Source: a virus
Strand: one strand, 5' to 3'
DNA length: 64,000 nucleotides
IMG/VR virus record: IMGVR_UViG_3300042893_001481
Shown: piece by piece, positions 1 through 10,679 of the stretch
Position numbering within the stretch: the first letter of the stretch is position 1
Layout: each line of letters opens with the position of its first letter
Notes under the pieces: model-generated
The model's input: the letters and a program-made list of their open reading frames with translations, nothing else
Told to the model about the DNA's origin: nothing
Databases searched by the model: none
Position numbers and translations under genes: made by a program

Positions 1-1
1 T

Positions 2-508
2 GAGAAATTTTGGACAAACGTTGAAAAAATCCTTACAGTACTTCCAAAGGTTACGATTAACATTATGTCCACATTTAACGCACTATCAGTTTTCACATAT
101 AGTGATTTAATTGAAAGGGTTTTCCAAGCAAAGAAAAAGTATTCAAATAATCAGAGATATTGGATTTCAGCAATACAATTGGATACATCTTATTTAAGAT
201 ACCCATCACATCTATCGGTTAAAATTTTAGATAAAAAACACAAAGATTTGATTTTGGAATCTGCGAAAAAAGCGTTATATTATGGTATGACCGAATTTGT
301 TCAAGGGTCTTATGGGTTCTCGAACACTGAAATTCAAAAAATAAAAAGATTATATGACTATGCAATTCATGAAGATGAATTTGATGTAGAAAAAAATAGA
401 AAGGATTTTGTAAAATTCGTAGATGAATTAGATAAAAGAAGAGACACTAATTTTGTTAAAACCTTTCCTGAATTAAAGAAATTTTATGATACATATAAAA
501 AAATATAG
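2..508 (+). CDS. Radical SAM protein, C-terminal part (5' truncated by window edge)
   Basis: Frame open from base 2. MSTFNALSV, LDTSYLRYP and D.RR.TNF.KTFPEL are paralogous to the C-termini of the radical SAMs at 1079 and 3961. Confidence 0.85.
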   Translation, partial: EKFWTNVEKILTVLPKVTINIMSTFNALSVFTYSDLIERVFQAKKKYSNNQRYWISAIQLDTSYLRYPSHLSVKILDKKHKDLILESAKKALYYGMTEFVQGSYGFSNTEIQKIKRLYDYAIHEDEFDVEKNRKDFVKFVDELDKRRDTNFVKTFPELKKFYDTYKKI

Positions 509-1085
509 TCCTTGGATATTCTATCCATCTGTTTTATGTGATACTTTCCCTGAAAATCCTGCAACAAAGATTTTAAGTGGAGAATATAACTTTAAAATTG
601 AAATGAGATTAACACTATTAGATACACTTGATAAAAACGCAACAGTTTTTACAATTTTACCAAAATATTGTGGATTGGATATTCACAAGAATATGTTATT
701 CTTTACTGTTAGATTTGAAGATGACTCTTCTCAATTTTTTCAATTCCCATTTGCAATTCACGATGGTGTTGAAATTGATTTGAAAATGGTACACGTTCCT
801 AAAAAGTCTTTAATAATTTATATTAACGACGAAGTACAATTAGATTTAAGTTTGGAGAAATTAGGATTATACATAGATTCAAATCCGTGTGTTGTTTTTG
901 GTGCTAATAGTTTTTCACATGTAGATGACACTTCTAATAGTACTGAAATGTATATTCATGAGTTTAAAGTTTATGAAAAAAATAAATTAATTGCCCATCA
1001 TACTTGTGAAGATTTTATTTTTAATAAGTCCATCGATAAGACAGGTAATTTGAATTTCATACATCATAAAATATTAGAATGTTAA
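486..1085 (+). CDS. Concanavalin A/LamG-like beta-sandwich protein
   Basis: Beta-rich; IYINDE..., VFGAN, IHEFKVY and DKTGNLN follow the LamG pattern; paralogous to the genes at 2467 and 3246. Confidence 0.55.
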   Translation: MIHIKKYSPWIFYPSVLCDTFPENPATKILSGEYNFKIEMRLTLLDTLDKNATVFTILPKYCGLDIHKNMLFFTVRFEDDSSQFFQFPFAIHDGVEIDLKMVHVPKKSLIIYINDEVQLDLSLEKLGLYIDSNPCVVFGANSFSHVDDTSNSTEMYIHEFKVYEKNKLIAHHTCEDFIFNKSIDKTGNLNFIHHKILEC

Positions 1086-2470
1086 AAGAGGTTTTTGAAA
1101 GTACTAGAGATAAATTGAACATGGTTGGGTGTGGATTTTGTTTAGCAAAATGGACCCAAGTTACCATGCACCTACACAATGGTACAACACATTCTTGTCA
1201 TCACCCTAAACCACATAAGATTCCGTTAGAAGAGATTTTATCTAACCCAACTGCATTACATAATACGAAATTTAAAAAAGAAATTCGTAAAGAAATGCTT
1301 GATAATAAAAAACCCGATGAATGTGATTATTGTTGGAATATCGAGGGAGCATCTTACGCATTTTCAGATAGAACACTTAAATCTTCAGAGCCATGGTCAG
1401 CGCCTTACTTAGAAGACATTTTAAAATCTGGTTGGAAAAAGAATTATAACCCAAAGTATGTTGAGGTTAGTTTTTCAAACACTTGTAATTTTAAATGTTC
1501 ATATTGTGGTCCTCTATATTCTTCTAAATGGATGGAAGAGATTAACACTCATGGTCCGTATAAGACAAGTACCAATTACAACGATATCGAATGGTTTAAG
1601 AAGGAAGATACGATGCCGTACTTAGCGTCAGATAAAAATCCATACGTTGATGCGTTTTGGAAATGGTGGCCTGAAATGTACCAAGACTTACATACATTTA
1701 GAATCACAGGAGGAGAACCTTTATTAAATAAAGACACCTTTAAGATTTTAGATTACATAATTGAAACACCCACCCCAAATAAGAAACTAAGTTTATGTAT
1801 CAATAGTAATTTAGGGATACCTAAAAAATTGTTTGATGAATTTGTCAACAAAATAGAAAAAATATTAGATAAAGAATTAGTACATGAATTTATAATCTTT
1901 ACATCTTGTGATACTTGGGGACCACAGGCGGAATACATTAGAAATGGGTTTGATTATAATTTATTTAAAGAGAGAATTGATTTCTTATTAGATAAGTTTA
2001 AACCACTTACAATTGACATTATGTCGACGTATAATGCATTGTCAGTACCAAATTACAAGTATCTAATTGAAGATGTTGCAGAATTAAAAAAGAGACACCA
2101 TAATCCATATAGATATTGGGGATCATCGTTATTGTTAGATTCCTCATATTTGAGATTTCCCGAACATCAAACTGTAAAAATATTAGAAGATAGTTGGGTA
2201 ACAGCAATTGACGAACAGGCAAAACTTGTTGATTTTTATGAACAAGTAAGAACGGGTGTTGTGGATGGACATGGGTTTACAGATATAGAAATAAATAAAA
2301 TAATAAGAATAAAAGATTGGTTTACTTCGTCAGAAGGTAATAAAATGATTGATACAAATCGAAAAGATTTTTACAAGTTCATTACTGAACATGACATTAG
2401 AAGAAACACTAACTTTTGTAAAACTTTCCCCGAATTGGAGGAATTTTACCATAAATGCGGAAAAATATGA
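1079..2470 (+). CDS. Radical SAM protein with N-terminal twitch/SPASM-like Cys/His region
   Basis: CNFKCSYC (CxxxCxxC), ITGGEP, N-terminal CLAKW...SCHH...CDYCW. Confidence 0.9.
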   Translation: MLKEVFESTRDKLNMVGCGFCLAKWTQVTMHLHNGTTHSCHHPKPHKIPLEEILSNPTALHNTKFKKEIRKEMLDNKKPDECDYCWNIEGASYAFSDRTLKSSEPWSAPYLEDILKSGWKKNYNPKYVEVSFSNTCNFKCSYCGPLYSSKWMEEINTHGPYKTSTNYNDIEWFKKEDTMPYLASDKNPYVDAFWKWWPEMYQDLHTFRITGGEPLLNKDTFKILDYIIETPTPNKKLSLCINSNLGIPKKLFDEFVNKIEKILDKELVHEFIIFTSCDTWGPQAEYIRNGFDYNLFKERIDFLLDKFKPLTIDIMSTYNALSVPNYKYLIEDVAELKKRHHNPYRYWGSSLLLDSSYLRFPEHQTVKILEDSWVTAIDEQAKLVDFYEQVRTGVVDGHGFTDIEINKIIRIKDWFTSSEGNKMIDTNRKDFYKFITEHDIRRNTNFCKTFPELEEFYHKCGKI

Positions 2471-3225
2471 TATTCAAAAACAAAAAAGCCTACGTAGTAA
2501 ATCGTTTTTCAGATAACGATTTAAACCCTGAAAGTTATGATTTAATAACTAATAACGATTTTACATTCGAGGCGACATTTAAATTAAACACTAATAAATT
2601 AAAAAGCACCGACAGTTGTGTTGTATCAAGAGAGGGATACAATATGGGTATTTACATTTATAATTTTAACGATGAAAATTTTATAAAATGGGTGTGGTGG
2701 GAAGTTGATAATGAAAACAACCATGTTTGTAATGAAATTTTCGTACACAAGAAGTATGAATTAACAAATATTACAAATGTAAAAGTCACTAAAAAAGATG
2801 CGGAGTTTAGTCTCTACATTAATGGTGAATTATATGAAAGTAAAGAAATTAAACATAATCTGTTTGACTATTCTGATAAATTGATGTATGTGGGAGTTTC
2901 AGACCCTAATAGTGTAAACAATAATAACGGATGGTTCAACGGTGAAATTTACGATATTAAAATTTACGATAGTCTTGATGAAAATATCAATACTTTATAT
3001 CTGTGGTTTGATTTTGAAAATAATACGGATTTAGAAATTTTAGATAAATCAGGTAATAAAAATAATGGAATTTTATTTCAACAATTAACTAAAAAAGTTA
3101 AAAAGGACGAAATTGAAAAAATAAAAAAAGAAATTGAGGAGATAGAAAGAGTTATAAAAGAAAAAACCGGTGAATTAGAAATACTGAAATCAAAAATAGA
3201 AGAAAAAAAAAACGAAAAAAAGTAA
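2467..3225 (+). CDS. LamG-like protein with C-terminal coiled coil
   Basis: FTFEATFK, LYINGE, FNGEIYDIKIY, WFDFE, DKSGNKNNG; K/E-rich tail. The ATG at 2467 overlaps the previous stop (ATGA). Confidence 0.7.
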   Translation: MIFKNKKAYVVNRFSDNDLNPESYDLITNNDFTFEATFKLNTNKLKSTDSCVVSREGYNMGIYIYNFNDENFIKWVWWEVDNENNHVCNEIFVHKKYELTNITNVKVTKKDAEFSLYINGELYESKEIKHNLFDYSDKLMYVGVSDPNSVNNNNGWFNGEIYDIKIYDSLDENINTLYLWFDFENNTDLEILDKSGNKNNGILFQQLTKKVKKDEIEKIKKEIEEIERVIKEKTGELEILKSKIEEKKNEKK

Positions 3226-3245
3226 AGAATAAAAAAAATCTAAAA

Positions 3246-3905
3246 GTGTATATAGTAGATAGGTACGCAAATAGTAAAACAAATACAAAAAGTTACGAAT
3301 CGTTAAGTGGTGATTTTATATTTGAAGCAACATTTAAAGTCGACGAAGATAGTATAGATTTAGGAAACGAATCTTGTGTTTTAACTAGAGAAGGTTCCAT
3401 GGGTATTTTTGTATATAACTACAATGATGAATATTTTATAAAATGGAAATGGTTAGAGGTTAACGATGAAGATGAAGATGTGGTAAATGAAATAATGGTC
3501 CACACAGAAATAGGGGCGAACATATATAATAAAGTGAAAGTTATAAAAAAAGATGACGAATTCATTATGTACGTTAACAATAGGTTATATACCAAACAAA
3601 AAATAAAATATAAATTATATGACCACAAAGATAAATACATATATGTTGGTTCAGGAAATCCACATTGTGTAAACAAAAATTATCGTTGGTTTTATGGTAA
3701 TATTTCAGATGTTAAAATATACCACAGTAGTGAAGAAACGTTTGAAAATATGTTTTTATGGTTTGATTTTAAAAAGAATACAAGTTTTAAAACATATGAC
3801 AAATCAGGTAGTGGGAATCACGGTAATTTCTTTGAATCTGAAGAAATAAAAAGTGAAAAAAGTGTAGAATTTAATAAGTTAGGTAGACCCGCTAAAATTG
3901 TGTAA
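3246..3905 (+). CDS. LamG-like protein, paralog of 2467-3225
   Basis: FIFEATFK, SCVLTREG.MGIF, FYGNISDVKIY, WFDF, DKSGSGNHG; GTG start uncertain. Confidence 0.7.
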   Translation: MYIVDRYANSKTNTKSYESLSGDFIFEATFKVDEDSIDLGNESCVLTREGSMGIFVYNYNDEYFIKWKWLEVNDEDEDVVNEIMVHTEIGANIYNKVKVIKKDDEFIMYVNNRLYTKQKIKYKLYDHKDKYIYVGSGNPHCVNKNYRWFYGNISDVKIYHSSEETFENMFLWFDFKKNTSFKTYDKSGSGNHGNFFESEEIKSEKSVEFNKLGRPAKIV

Positions 3906-3960
3906 ATACAATTTTAAATTATAAATAAAAATGTTATATTAATTAAATAAATAAAGATAT

Positions 3961-5409
3961 ATGTCAAATGAATTAGCAGAATGGAGAGATAAACACTTGA
4001 ACTCAATAAGTTGTAGTTTTTGTGCCGCAAAATGGTACAATGCGAGTTTACACTTGGGTCATGGTTATACCAATTCTTGTCATTTACCCTTACCACATCC
4101 AATTGATTTGGAAGAGATTAAAACTAACCCATCGGCACTTCACAATACCAAACACAAGAAGGAAATGCGTCGTATGATGTTAACGGGTATTAAACCCGCT
4201 GAATGTTCATATTGTTGGAAAGTAGAAGATATCGGTAGAAACAATATCGCAGATAGAATCTTTAAAAGTCAAATTTATAGTGATGAGGATATTGCAGCAT
4301 TAAAAAATATACCTTGGGACCAAGATGTTTTATTGAAGACAGTTGAGGTGAGTTTTGATAGGACTTGTAATTTTGCTTGTAGTTATTGTAATGCTGGATA
4401 CAGTACCACATGGGGTAAAGACATTAAAACAAACGGATCCTACCAAAAATTTAAAACGAGTAGTGCTGGTGCATACCAAAGTGACGGATCTTGGTCTGAA
4501 ATCTATGGTAAAAATGGTGAGAATAACCCATACGTTAATGCGTTCTTAGAGTGGTGGCCAGAGTTATCTAAAACATTACAAGAAATTAGAGTAACGGGTG
4601 GAGAACCATCACAGAGTTACAACTTTTGGAGTTTCATTGAAACTGTGAAACAATATCCAGCAACTAATTTAAGATTGGCGGTAAATTCTAATTTAGGACT
4701 AAGTAAAAAATTATTAGAGAAATTAATCACCGCAACTCATGAGTTGAAGATTAAAGAATTTGATTTATATACTAGTAATGAATCTTATGGTCCACACGCT
4801 GAATACATAAGAGATGGTTTGAATTATAAAACATGGAGAGAGAACTTAGTAACCTTTTTAGAGAAGGCTAACTTTAGAGCTTTAACTATTATGATGACAA
4901 TCAATAGTTTATGTTTGTTTAGTATTGTCGAATTCTTTGAGGATATGAAAACCTTAAAGAAAAAATATGGCGCACATCGACCTAACATGGATTTGAACAT
5001 CCTTAGATGGCCATCATTTATGTCACCATTAATGTTACCTGACGAAATCAAATTAACATTGCGTAATAAATTACAAAATTGGTACAATGATAACAGGGAT
5101 AGTGATTTATTTAGTATAAATGAGAAATCACAAATTGAAAGATTGATAGATTATTTAGAAGTTGTGAATAGAGGTCATAATGATACTGAATTGCAAAAGG
5201 ATTTACAATTTCACGACTTTAAGAGTTTTTACACTCAATACGATGTTCGTAGAAATAAAGACTTTGGTAAAACATTTCCCGAATTAAAAGAATGGTATGA
5301 TGCACTTGAAATAGATAATACAATACCTGATAAGGGAATATTCGATGGTAGTATCACTAATTATGAAGCGGGAGAATATATTTCCGATAAACAAAACAAT
5401 AACAAATAA
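3961..5409 (+). CDS. Radical SAM protein with N-terminal twitch-like region
   Basis: CNFACSYC, VTGGEP, CAAKW...SCH...CSYCW. Confidence 0.9.
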   Translation: MSNELAEWRDKHLNSISCSFCAAKWYNASLHLGHGYTNSCHLPLPHPIDLEEIKTNPSALHNTKHKKEMRRMMLTGIKPAECSYCWKVEDIGRNNIADRIFKSQIYSDEDIAALKNIPWDQDVLLKTVEVSFDRTCNFACSYCNAGYSTTWGKDIKTNGSYQKFKTSSAGAYQSDGSWSEIYGKNGENNPYVNAFLEWWPELSKTLQEIRVTGGEPSQSYNFWSFIETVKQYPATNLRLAVNSNLGLSKKLLEKLITATHELKIKEFDLYTSNESYGPHAEYIRDGLNYKTWRENLVTFLEKANFRALTIMMTINSLCLFSIVEFFEDMKTLKKKYGAHRPNMDLNILRWPSFMSPLMLPDEIKLTLRNKLQNWYNDNRDSDLFSINEKSQIERLIDYLEVVNRGHNDTELQKDLQFHDFKSFYTQYDVRRNKDFGKTFPELKEWYDALEIDNTIPDKGIFDGSITNYEAGEYISDKQNNNK

Positions 5410-5417
5410 TTATTAAT

Positions 5418-5840
5418 ATGGAAAAAAGAAAATATCTACCAACATTGGCGGAATTAATTGATAGGTTATCTATCTCACAATTAAAAGAAGTAAAATTACC
5501 CGAACATAAAGAAGAATATGCACAAGAAATAAGTGACATTGTCTACGACATTCAATTAATTCTTAATGAAAAAAAGGGAGTTATTACCGCTGAAGTTATT
5601 AGAGCAATTGTGGTATTATCACAAATGAATGCACACATTTGGCAAAATGAATCAAATGTAAGAAGTGGGGCTGAAGGTCCAAGTATGTTAGCATTAACAC
5701 ATGGAATTAATGGAATTAGAAATACCGCAAAAAATAAAATCCAAGAAATTGTTGGTGGTAGAAAAGATTATAAAATCGATTGTTTGGCGGCCGAGTTCAA
5801 AGATTGGAATATAAGTTGGGAAAATAAAAACGAAGGATAA
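5418..5840 (+). CDS. Hypothetical helical protein
   Basis: 140-aa ORF with TLAELIDRLSI; no function assignable. Confidence 0.6.
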   Translation: MEKRKYLPTLAELIDRLSISQLKEVKLPEHKEEYAQEISDIVYDIQLILNEKKGVITAEVIRAIVVLSQMNAHIWQNESNVRSGAEGPSMLALTHGINGIRNTAKNKIQEIVGGRKDYKIDCLAAEFKDWNISWENKNEG

Positions 5841-6653
5841 TTGAAAATTTATATTTTAGGTGATTCATTTGCTGATAATTTATTTAAAATTGAAATTGAT
5901 GCCATTACAAATGGTGATAAAAGAGATGGTCCGCTTAGTAAATATGTAAATTTATTAAGAAATAAAAATTTACCTGACCCATTACATTTTGGGGATTATC
6001 TTGAATTGTGGGGACATGAAGTTATTAATTTAGGAAAAGGAGGTTGTTCAAATGATTCAATATTCCATCAATTTACTCAAATTAAAGAACCATTTGATAG
6101 GTTAATAGTAAATTGGACGGGTTTATCTAGATTTGATTGGTATGGAAAAAATTTAGAAGTAAGAACATTTACCGGAGGAATACCACCCAACACAAAATTA
6201 ACAACAACAGATGAATTGTTAATTGAACAAGGTTTAAATAGACATGAAAGTGTAATTAACAGAAATAAAACAATTGATTTTATCTCATATTTTTTAAGAA
6301 TATACGAAAAACAAAAACCAATAATTTGGGCACCGTTTTCTGATGTTTCTAAATTAATTGAAAATATAAAAGGATTTATTTGGGACATTGATGAACCTGT
6401 TTTTAAAACGATTATACCTGAATATGATAAATTAGAAATTCGTGGTGAAACAAATGGAAAAATAGAGGATAGACATTATGGTAGATATGGAAATTTTTAC
6501 ACGGCATTATTATTTGATACTATTTTAGAACACACTAATGATATTGAACATGATGGTTACTACATAAAAGATTTAGATTTAATTTCAAAAATTAAGGAAA
6601 GAATAACCACCTCACATCATAATATAATTGAATTGAAAACAAATATTATATGA
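5841..6653 (+). CDS. SGNH/GDSL-like hydrolase or acyltransferase
   Basis: ILGDSF, GKGGCSN, DRHYG; TTG start. Confidence 0.7.
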   Translation: MKIYILGDSFADNLFKIEIDAITNGDKRDGPLSKYVNLLRNKNLPDPLHFGDYLELWGHEVINLGKGGCSNDSIFHQFTQIKEPFDRLIVNWTGLSRFDWYGKNLEVRTFTGGIPPNTKLTTTDELLIEQGLNRHESVINRNKTIDFISYFLRIYEKQKPIIWAPFSDVSKLIENIKGFIWDIDEPVFKTIIPEYDKLEIRGETNGKIEDRHYGRYGNFYTALLFDTILEHTNDIEHDGYYIKDLDLISKIKERITTSHHNIIELKTNII

Positions 6654-7474
6654 GAATATATGTTTTAGGAGATTCCTTTAGTGATAATATATTTACTGAG
6701 GCCATTAATCGTTTAGATAATGATATTGAAGCTAGTGATGGAATTTATAGATATGTTAAATTATTAAGAAAAAACAACATTAAAGACCCCCTGCATTGGA
6801 CTGACTATCTTAAATCTTGGGGACATGAAATTATCAACGTAGCTCAAAACGGATGTTCAAATTATTCTATATTCAATCAATTCCCTAAGATTGATTCAAA
6901 TTATAATGAAAACGATAGAATCATTTTAAATTGGACTGGTTTAAACCGATTCAGTTGGATTGGAAAAAATGGTAATAATATGATAATTACCGGAGGGAGT
7001 CAACCTGATTACAATACCAATATTAAAACTAAAATTCTTTGTGACCAAACAGTGTATAGAATGGAAAGTGTGGACAATCCAAATGGATATTTAAGGCGTG
7101 AGACTGTTCCATTTATGAATTATTTAATGGGATTACACGATAAATATAAACCTATTATGTGGGCACCAATTGCACAACACAATAAAATTTTTAAAAAAGA
7201 AAAAGGTTTTATTTGGGAAATTGATAATAATTTTTACAAAGATATTATACCAGAACATAATATTTTAACCATAGAAAATGAAACTAATGGAAAAGTTTTG
7301 GATCACCATTATGGTAGATATGGTAATTTTTACATGGCGTTAGTTTTTAACACTATATTAAAATATACGGAAAATGTAAATCACGAAGGGTTTTATTTAA
7401 AAGATTCTGATTTAATTGAAACAATTTTTGAAAGTATAATACAGAATAAACATGACCTTATAAGTTTATATTAG
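6650..7474 (+). CDS. SGNH/GDSL-like protein, tandem paralog of 5841-6653
   Basis: VLGDSF, AQNGCSN, DHHYGRYGNFY shared with the previous gene. Confidence 0.7.
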   Translation: MRIYVLGDSFSDNIFTEAINRLDNDIEASDGIYRYVKLLRKNNIKDPLHWTDYLKSWGHEIINVAQNGCSNYSIFNQFPKIDSNYNENDRIILNWTGLNRFSWIGKNGNNMIITGGSQPDYNTNIKTKILCDQTVYRMESVDNPNGYLRRETVPFMNYLMGLHDKYKPIMWAPIAQHNKIFKKEKGFIWEIDNNFYKDIIPEHNILTIENETNGKVLDHHYGRYGNFYMALVFNTILKYTENVNHEGFYLKDSDLIETIFESIIQNKHDLISLY

Positions 7475-8271
7475 AAATACCCAAAACAAAAAGTCGGATG
7501 TTCTTTATGGTCAAATTCATTCAGCATTTGATAATCAGGATATTTTTTTATAATCCATTTATTAAAATCACCATTAAAATCTGTATTTAATAACTCTAAA
7601 GATTTTTCACTGAGATATTCAGGTAAGTATTTTTCTAAAAAAGAATAATATGTTTTTGGTGTTGGGTGGTGAAAGGAAAAATTATCAAACTCGTTTATGG
7701 ATTCTTTTACATCTAACATATTTTGTATGTTAATAAGATATGATTTTAACTGATCATTAATACCATAAACTTCAGCATCGTTAATATAGTGTTTATAATC
7801 TAAAGATGAAATGATTTTATGTTCAATCCCCTTTGCAGTTAATAAATCTTTAATTATTTTAATTGAGATAAATGAATCAAAAATAGAATATGATTTTTTA
7901 TTGTGTTTCTTGAAAAAATTAATAGTTTCAATTAATTCTGGTGTGTCAAATCTACTCGGTTCATATAATTCAATGTCTCCTCTACTATATATACAATCTT
8001 CATCTATGTTAATACAATCATTATATTTTGTTATAGGAAAACTCACTCTACCCATACCACTTATACCAATCATCACTACATCAGTATCCTTATTGAAATT
8101 ATAAAAAACGTCACTTTCAATAAATCTTTGCATTATCAATGTGTTTGATGAACCTGGCATTGCCAAATTGTAATATTCATCAAATTGAATGCCAATTAAA
8201 TCGGCCCAAGTAGGACAGTTCCAATCTTTTGTAAAACTACAACCAAATGAAAAGAATCTTTTTTTAGTCAT
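7471..8271 (-). CDS. SGNH-like protein
   Basis: SFGCSFT, NLAMPGSSN, HHPTP. Confidence 0.65.
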   Translation of the reverse strand: MTKKRFFSFGCSFTKDWNCPTWADLIGIQFDEYYNLAMPGSSNTLIMQRFIESDVFYNFNKDTDVVMIGISGMGRVSFPITKYNDCINIDEDCIYSRGDIELYEPSRFDTPELIETINFFKKHNKKSYSIFDSFISIKIIKDLLTAKGIEHKIISSLDYKHYINDAEVYGINDQLKSYLINIQNMLDVKESINEFDNFSFHHPTPKTYYSFLEKYLPEYLSEKSLELLNTDFNGDFNKWIIKKYPDYQMLNEFDHKEHPTFCFGYF

Positions 8272-9158
8272 TAAATTTTGTTGTTTAAAAATGGAAATAG
8301 ATTATTTTGACACCATAAATCTGCACCTAACCTACTTGGGTGGAACCCATCTTTATTAAAATATTTGGTGTCCTTATCCATTTCCAATCTACCTTCATGT
8401 GTAACACTAATAGATTCTTTTCTCTCAAGTCCCAATAAGGTGTGAAGATATTCAAACATACCTTCTATAATCATATTATCAAAATCTAATTGTTTATATA
8501 GGTAGTTTATTAATTGATGTTCTTTATTTTTTTCAATGTCTTCAAAAACATGGTCCATAAAAAATTGATTAATTAACTTAACGTTTTTTAATTTACAATA
8601 ATTTTGAAGCATCACTATGTTTTCTATACTTGAATGTATCTTACCAATCCCATTATACATATCGCCATCTAAAAGATAGTGTGTCTGAACAAAGTCCAGT
8701 TTACAATCACTACCATTTACGGTAAAGTACCAACCCCCATTTGCATTATATTCAAATTTACTACCGTTTTTGGTATAAAAATATTCAGGATTATCACCTA
8801 CTTTATTTTTTAAATCCAAAAATTGACTTGTCATTCCACCATAAAATTTTAACCATTCGTTAGTCATTTCTTTCATGATATATGGATTATCAATATACCA
8901 TGCTTTACGAAATGTACCACTCCACATTACCACCACTAAAATTTCCTCTGAATTTAAACCGGATTCTAACGCCTCCGATACTGCCAACATTACCTTTTTT
9001 TGAATTAAATCTTGACCACTACTTGAGTAACCCGTATGTTCAAAAGTCAATTCGGAATTTTTTTCTTTCATCCAATCAACTAACGAACCTAACCAAGTTT
9101 CATTTGATGCTCCTGAATGACTAAAACTACAACCTCCTGTAATTAAATGTTTTATCAT
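8271..9158 (-). CDS. SGNH-like protein
   Basis: TGGCSFS, VMWSG, DGFHPS. Confidence 0.65.
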   Translation of the reverse strand: MIKHLITGGCSFSHSGASNETWLGSLVDWMKEKNSELTFEHTGYSSSGQDLIQKKVMLAVSEALESGLNSEEILVVVMWSGTFRKAWYIDNPYIMKEMTNEWLKFYGGMTSQFLDLKNKVGDNPEYFYTKNGSKFEYNANGGWYFTVNGSDCKLDFVQTHYLLDGDMYNGIGKIHSSIENIVMLQNYCKLKNVKLINQFFMDHVFEDIEKNKEHQLINYLYKQLDFDNMIIEGMFEYLHTLLGLERKESISVTHEGRLEMDKDTKYFNKDGFHPSRLGADLWCQNNLFPFLNNKI

Positions 9159-9167
9159 AATTAATTT

Positions 9168-9707
9168 TTATACGTAATATAATTCAGGGTATTCGACAAT
9201 TACATGAATACCACCTTCACTATATGCATTTTTATATATTGTTTCTACGTTATCATATTTCAATAAATCATGAAATTGAATATTAGGACATAGAGATTTA
9301 AATTCTTCTAAATAATTACCTCTGTGTTGATGTCCAGGGTCTAATGGTTTATCTGAACCTTTACCTAAACGAATAATCATGTTAGGTTGCCATTTACCTT
9401 GACTCATTAATTTGATTTTATCTACGTGATTAACCAATTGATTAGTTGCACATATTAAAAAATCCCATCTTGGATAAAATGTAACTACAAATTGTCCAGC
9501 CATTGCCATACCTAATGACATACCCATTTGGGATTCTTCCATTACAGGAACTTCTATTAATTTATCTTTAGGAATTTCACCAATGGTTGTACTCATTGGA
9601 TTACCGTGCCAAATGATTTGTTGACCAATAAAGACAGTATCAGGTTGTTGACCAAGATATGTCATCGAATTAGTTAGTGCGTCTTTATATGAGGTTGTTT
9701 GTACCAT
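9168..9707 (-). CDS. TPP-dependent enzyme beta subunit (pyruvate dehydrogenase E1-beta/transketolase pyrimidine-binding domain only)
   Basis: VFIGQ, IEVPVMEESQMGMSLGMAMAG, NQLVNH, PGHQH; 179 aa with no C-terminal domain. Confidence 0.8.
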   Translation of the reverse strand: MVQTTSYKDALTNSMTYLGQQPDTVFIGQQIIWHGNPMSTTIGEIPKDKLIEVPVMEESQMGMSLGMAMAGQFVVTFYPRWDFLICATNQLVNHVDKIKLMSQGKWQPNMIIRLGKGSDKPLDPGHQHRGNYLEEFKSLCPNIQFHDLLKYDNVETIYKNAYSEGGIHVIVEYPELYYV

Positions 9708-10677
9708 TATTTGTTTTTTTTTCTATTTTTTTAGTTTTAGGGTTAAATGTAACACGGTCTTCATACACGTTGTCAACAATTTTATCATAATCCACATATT
9801 CAATGTTTTTACCTAACATATCACCGTAATCAACATCGTTAGATTCTATTTTTTTAATTATATTATCTGCGATTATTCTGTGACATTGTTTTGATGGGTG
9901 GTGGTCTTTAGGGGTATCATCAAAATATTCATCATCACTATTAATGTGTAAGAATCTATTTTCATTCATTAATTCTCTAATACAACTATATTTTTTACCA
10001 TTAAAATCAAAACCAATACTTCTTTTTGATAACCATTCATCATTTTGAATTAAAGGTAGATATTCGGATTCCCAATTCAATATAATAGTTTTAATACCTT
10101 TAGATTCGTAAAATTGTAAATTTTGTTTTAAAATACCAATCCATCTTTTCATATGTTCATCATACCATTGATCAAAAGTACATTTTTTCTGATGTGCAAG
10201 ATATTTGTAAAATTTATCATGAGTGTCATTTGAATATGTTCTAAACTCTAATAATTCATATTCATTTCCATCATATGGTGATTGGTAAACGTAGTAATGT
10301 GTATTTCTTTGAGGTTGGGATGTTTGAAATACCACATATTCAACCTCATCAAACGAATGTTTAAAGGTGTAAAATCCGGTATTAGGTTCTGATAAACCAT
10401 GTACACATCTTAAGTAATCAAGAGATGTTTGTTCAGAACCACCGTTTTGTATCATCGAAACTTCAAAAGTATCAAAGTGATTAGCAACTAATCTCGGATA
10501 GTATAATGTCTTTCTAAACGAATTGTGTGAATCGGTTACTAAATTTGAATTATAGGCGTCTGGCGGTGGTTCCTTTAATGTTGGTAGATTTGAGTAATAA
10601 TATAATCCTTGTCCCCACGTGAAAGAACAGCCAGCAAATACCATTCCTTTGTAAACCTTATCTGATTTTGTTTTCAT
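9685..10677 (-). CDS. SGNH-like protein
   Basis: FAGCSFTWGQG, NGGS, DHHPS..CH..IA. Confidence 0.65.
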   Translation of the reverse strand: MKTKSDKVYKGMVFAGCSFTWGQGLYYYSNLPTLKEPPPDAYNSNLVTDSHNSFRKTLYYPRLVANHFDTFEVSMIQNGGSEQTSLDYLRCVHGLSEPNTGFYTFKHSFDEVEYVVFQTSQPQRNTHYYVYQSPYDGNEYELLEFRTYSNDTHDKFYKYLAHQKKCTFDQWYDEHMKRWIGILKQNLQFYESKGIKTIILNWESEYLPLIQNDEWLSKRSIGFDFNGKKYSCIRELMNENRFLHINSDDEYFDDTPKDHHPSKQCHRIIADNIIKKIESNDVDYGDMLGKNIEYVDYDKIVDNVYEDRVTFNPKTKKIEKKTNNGTNNLI

Positions 10678-10679
10678 AT

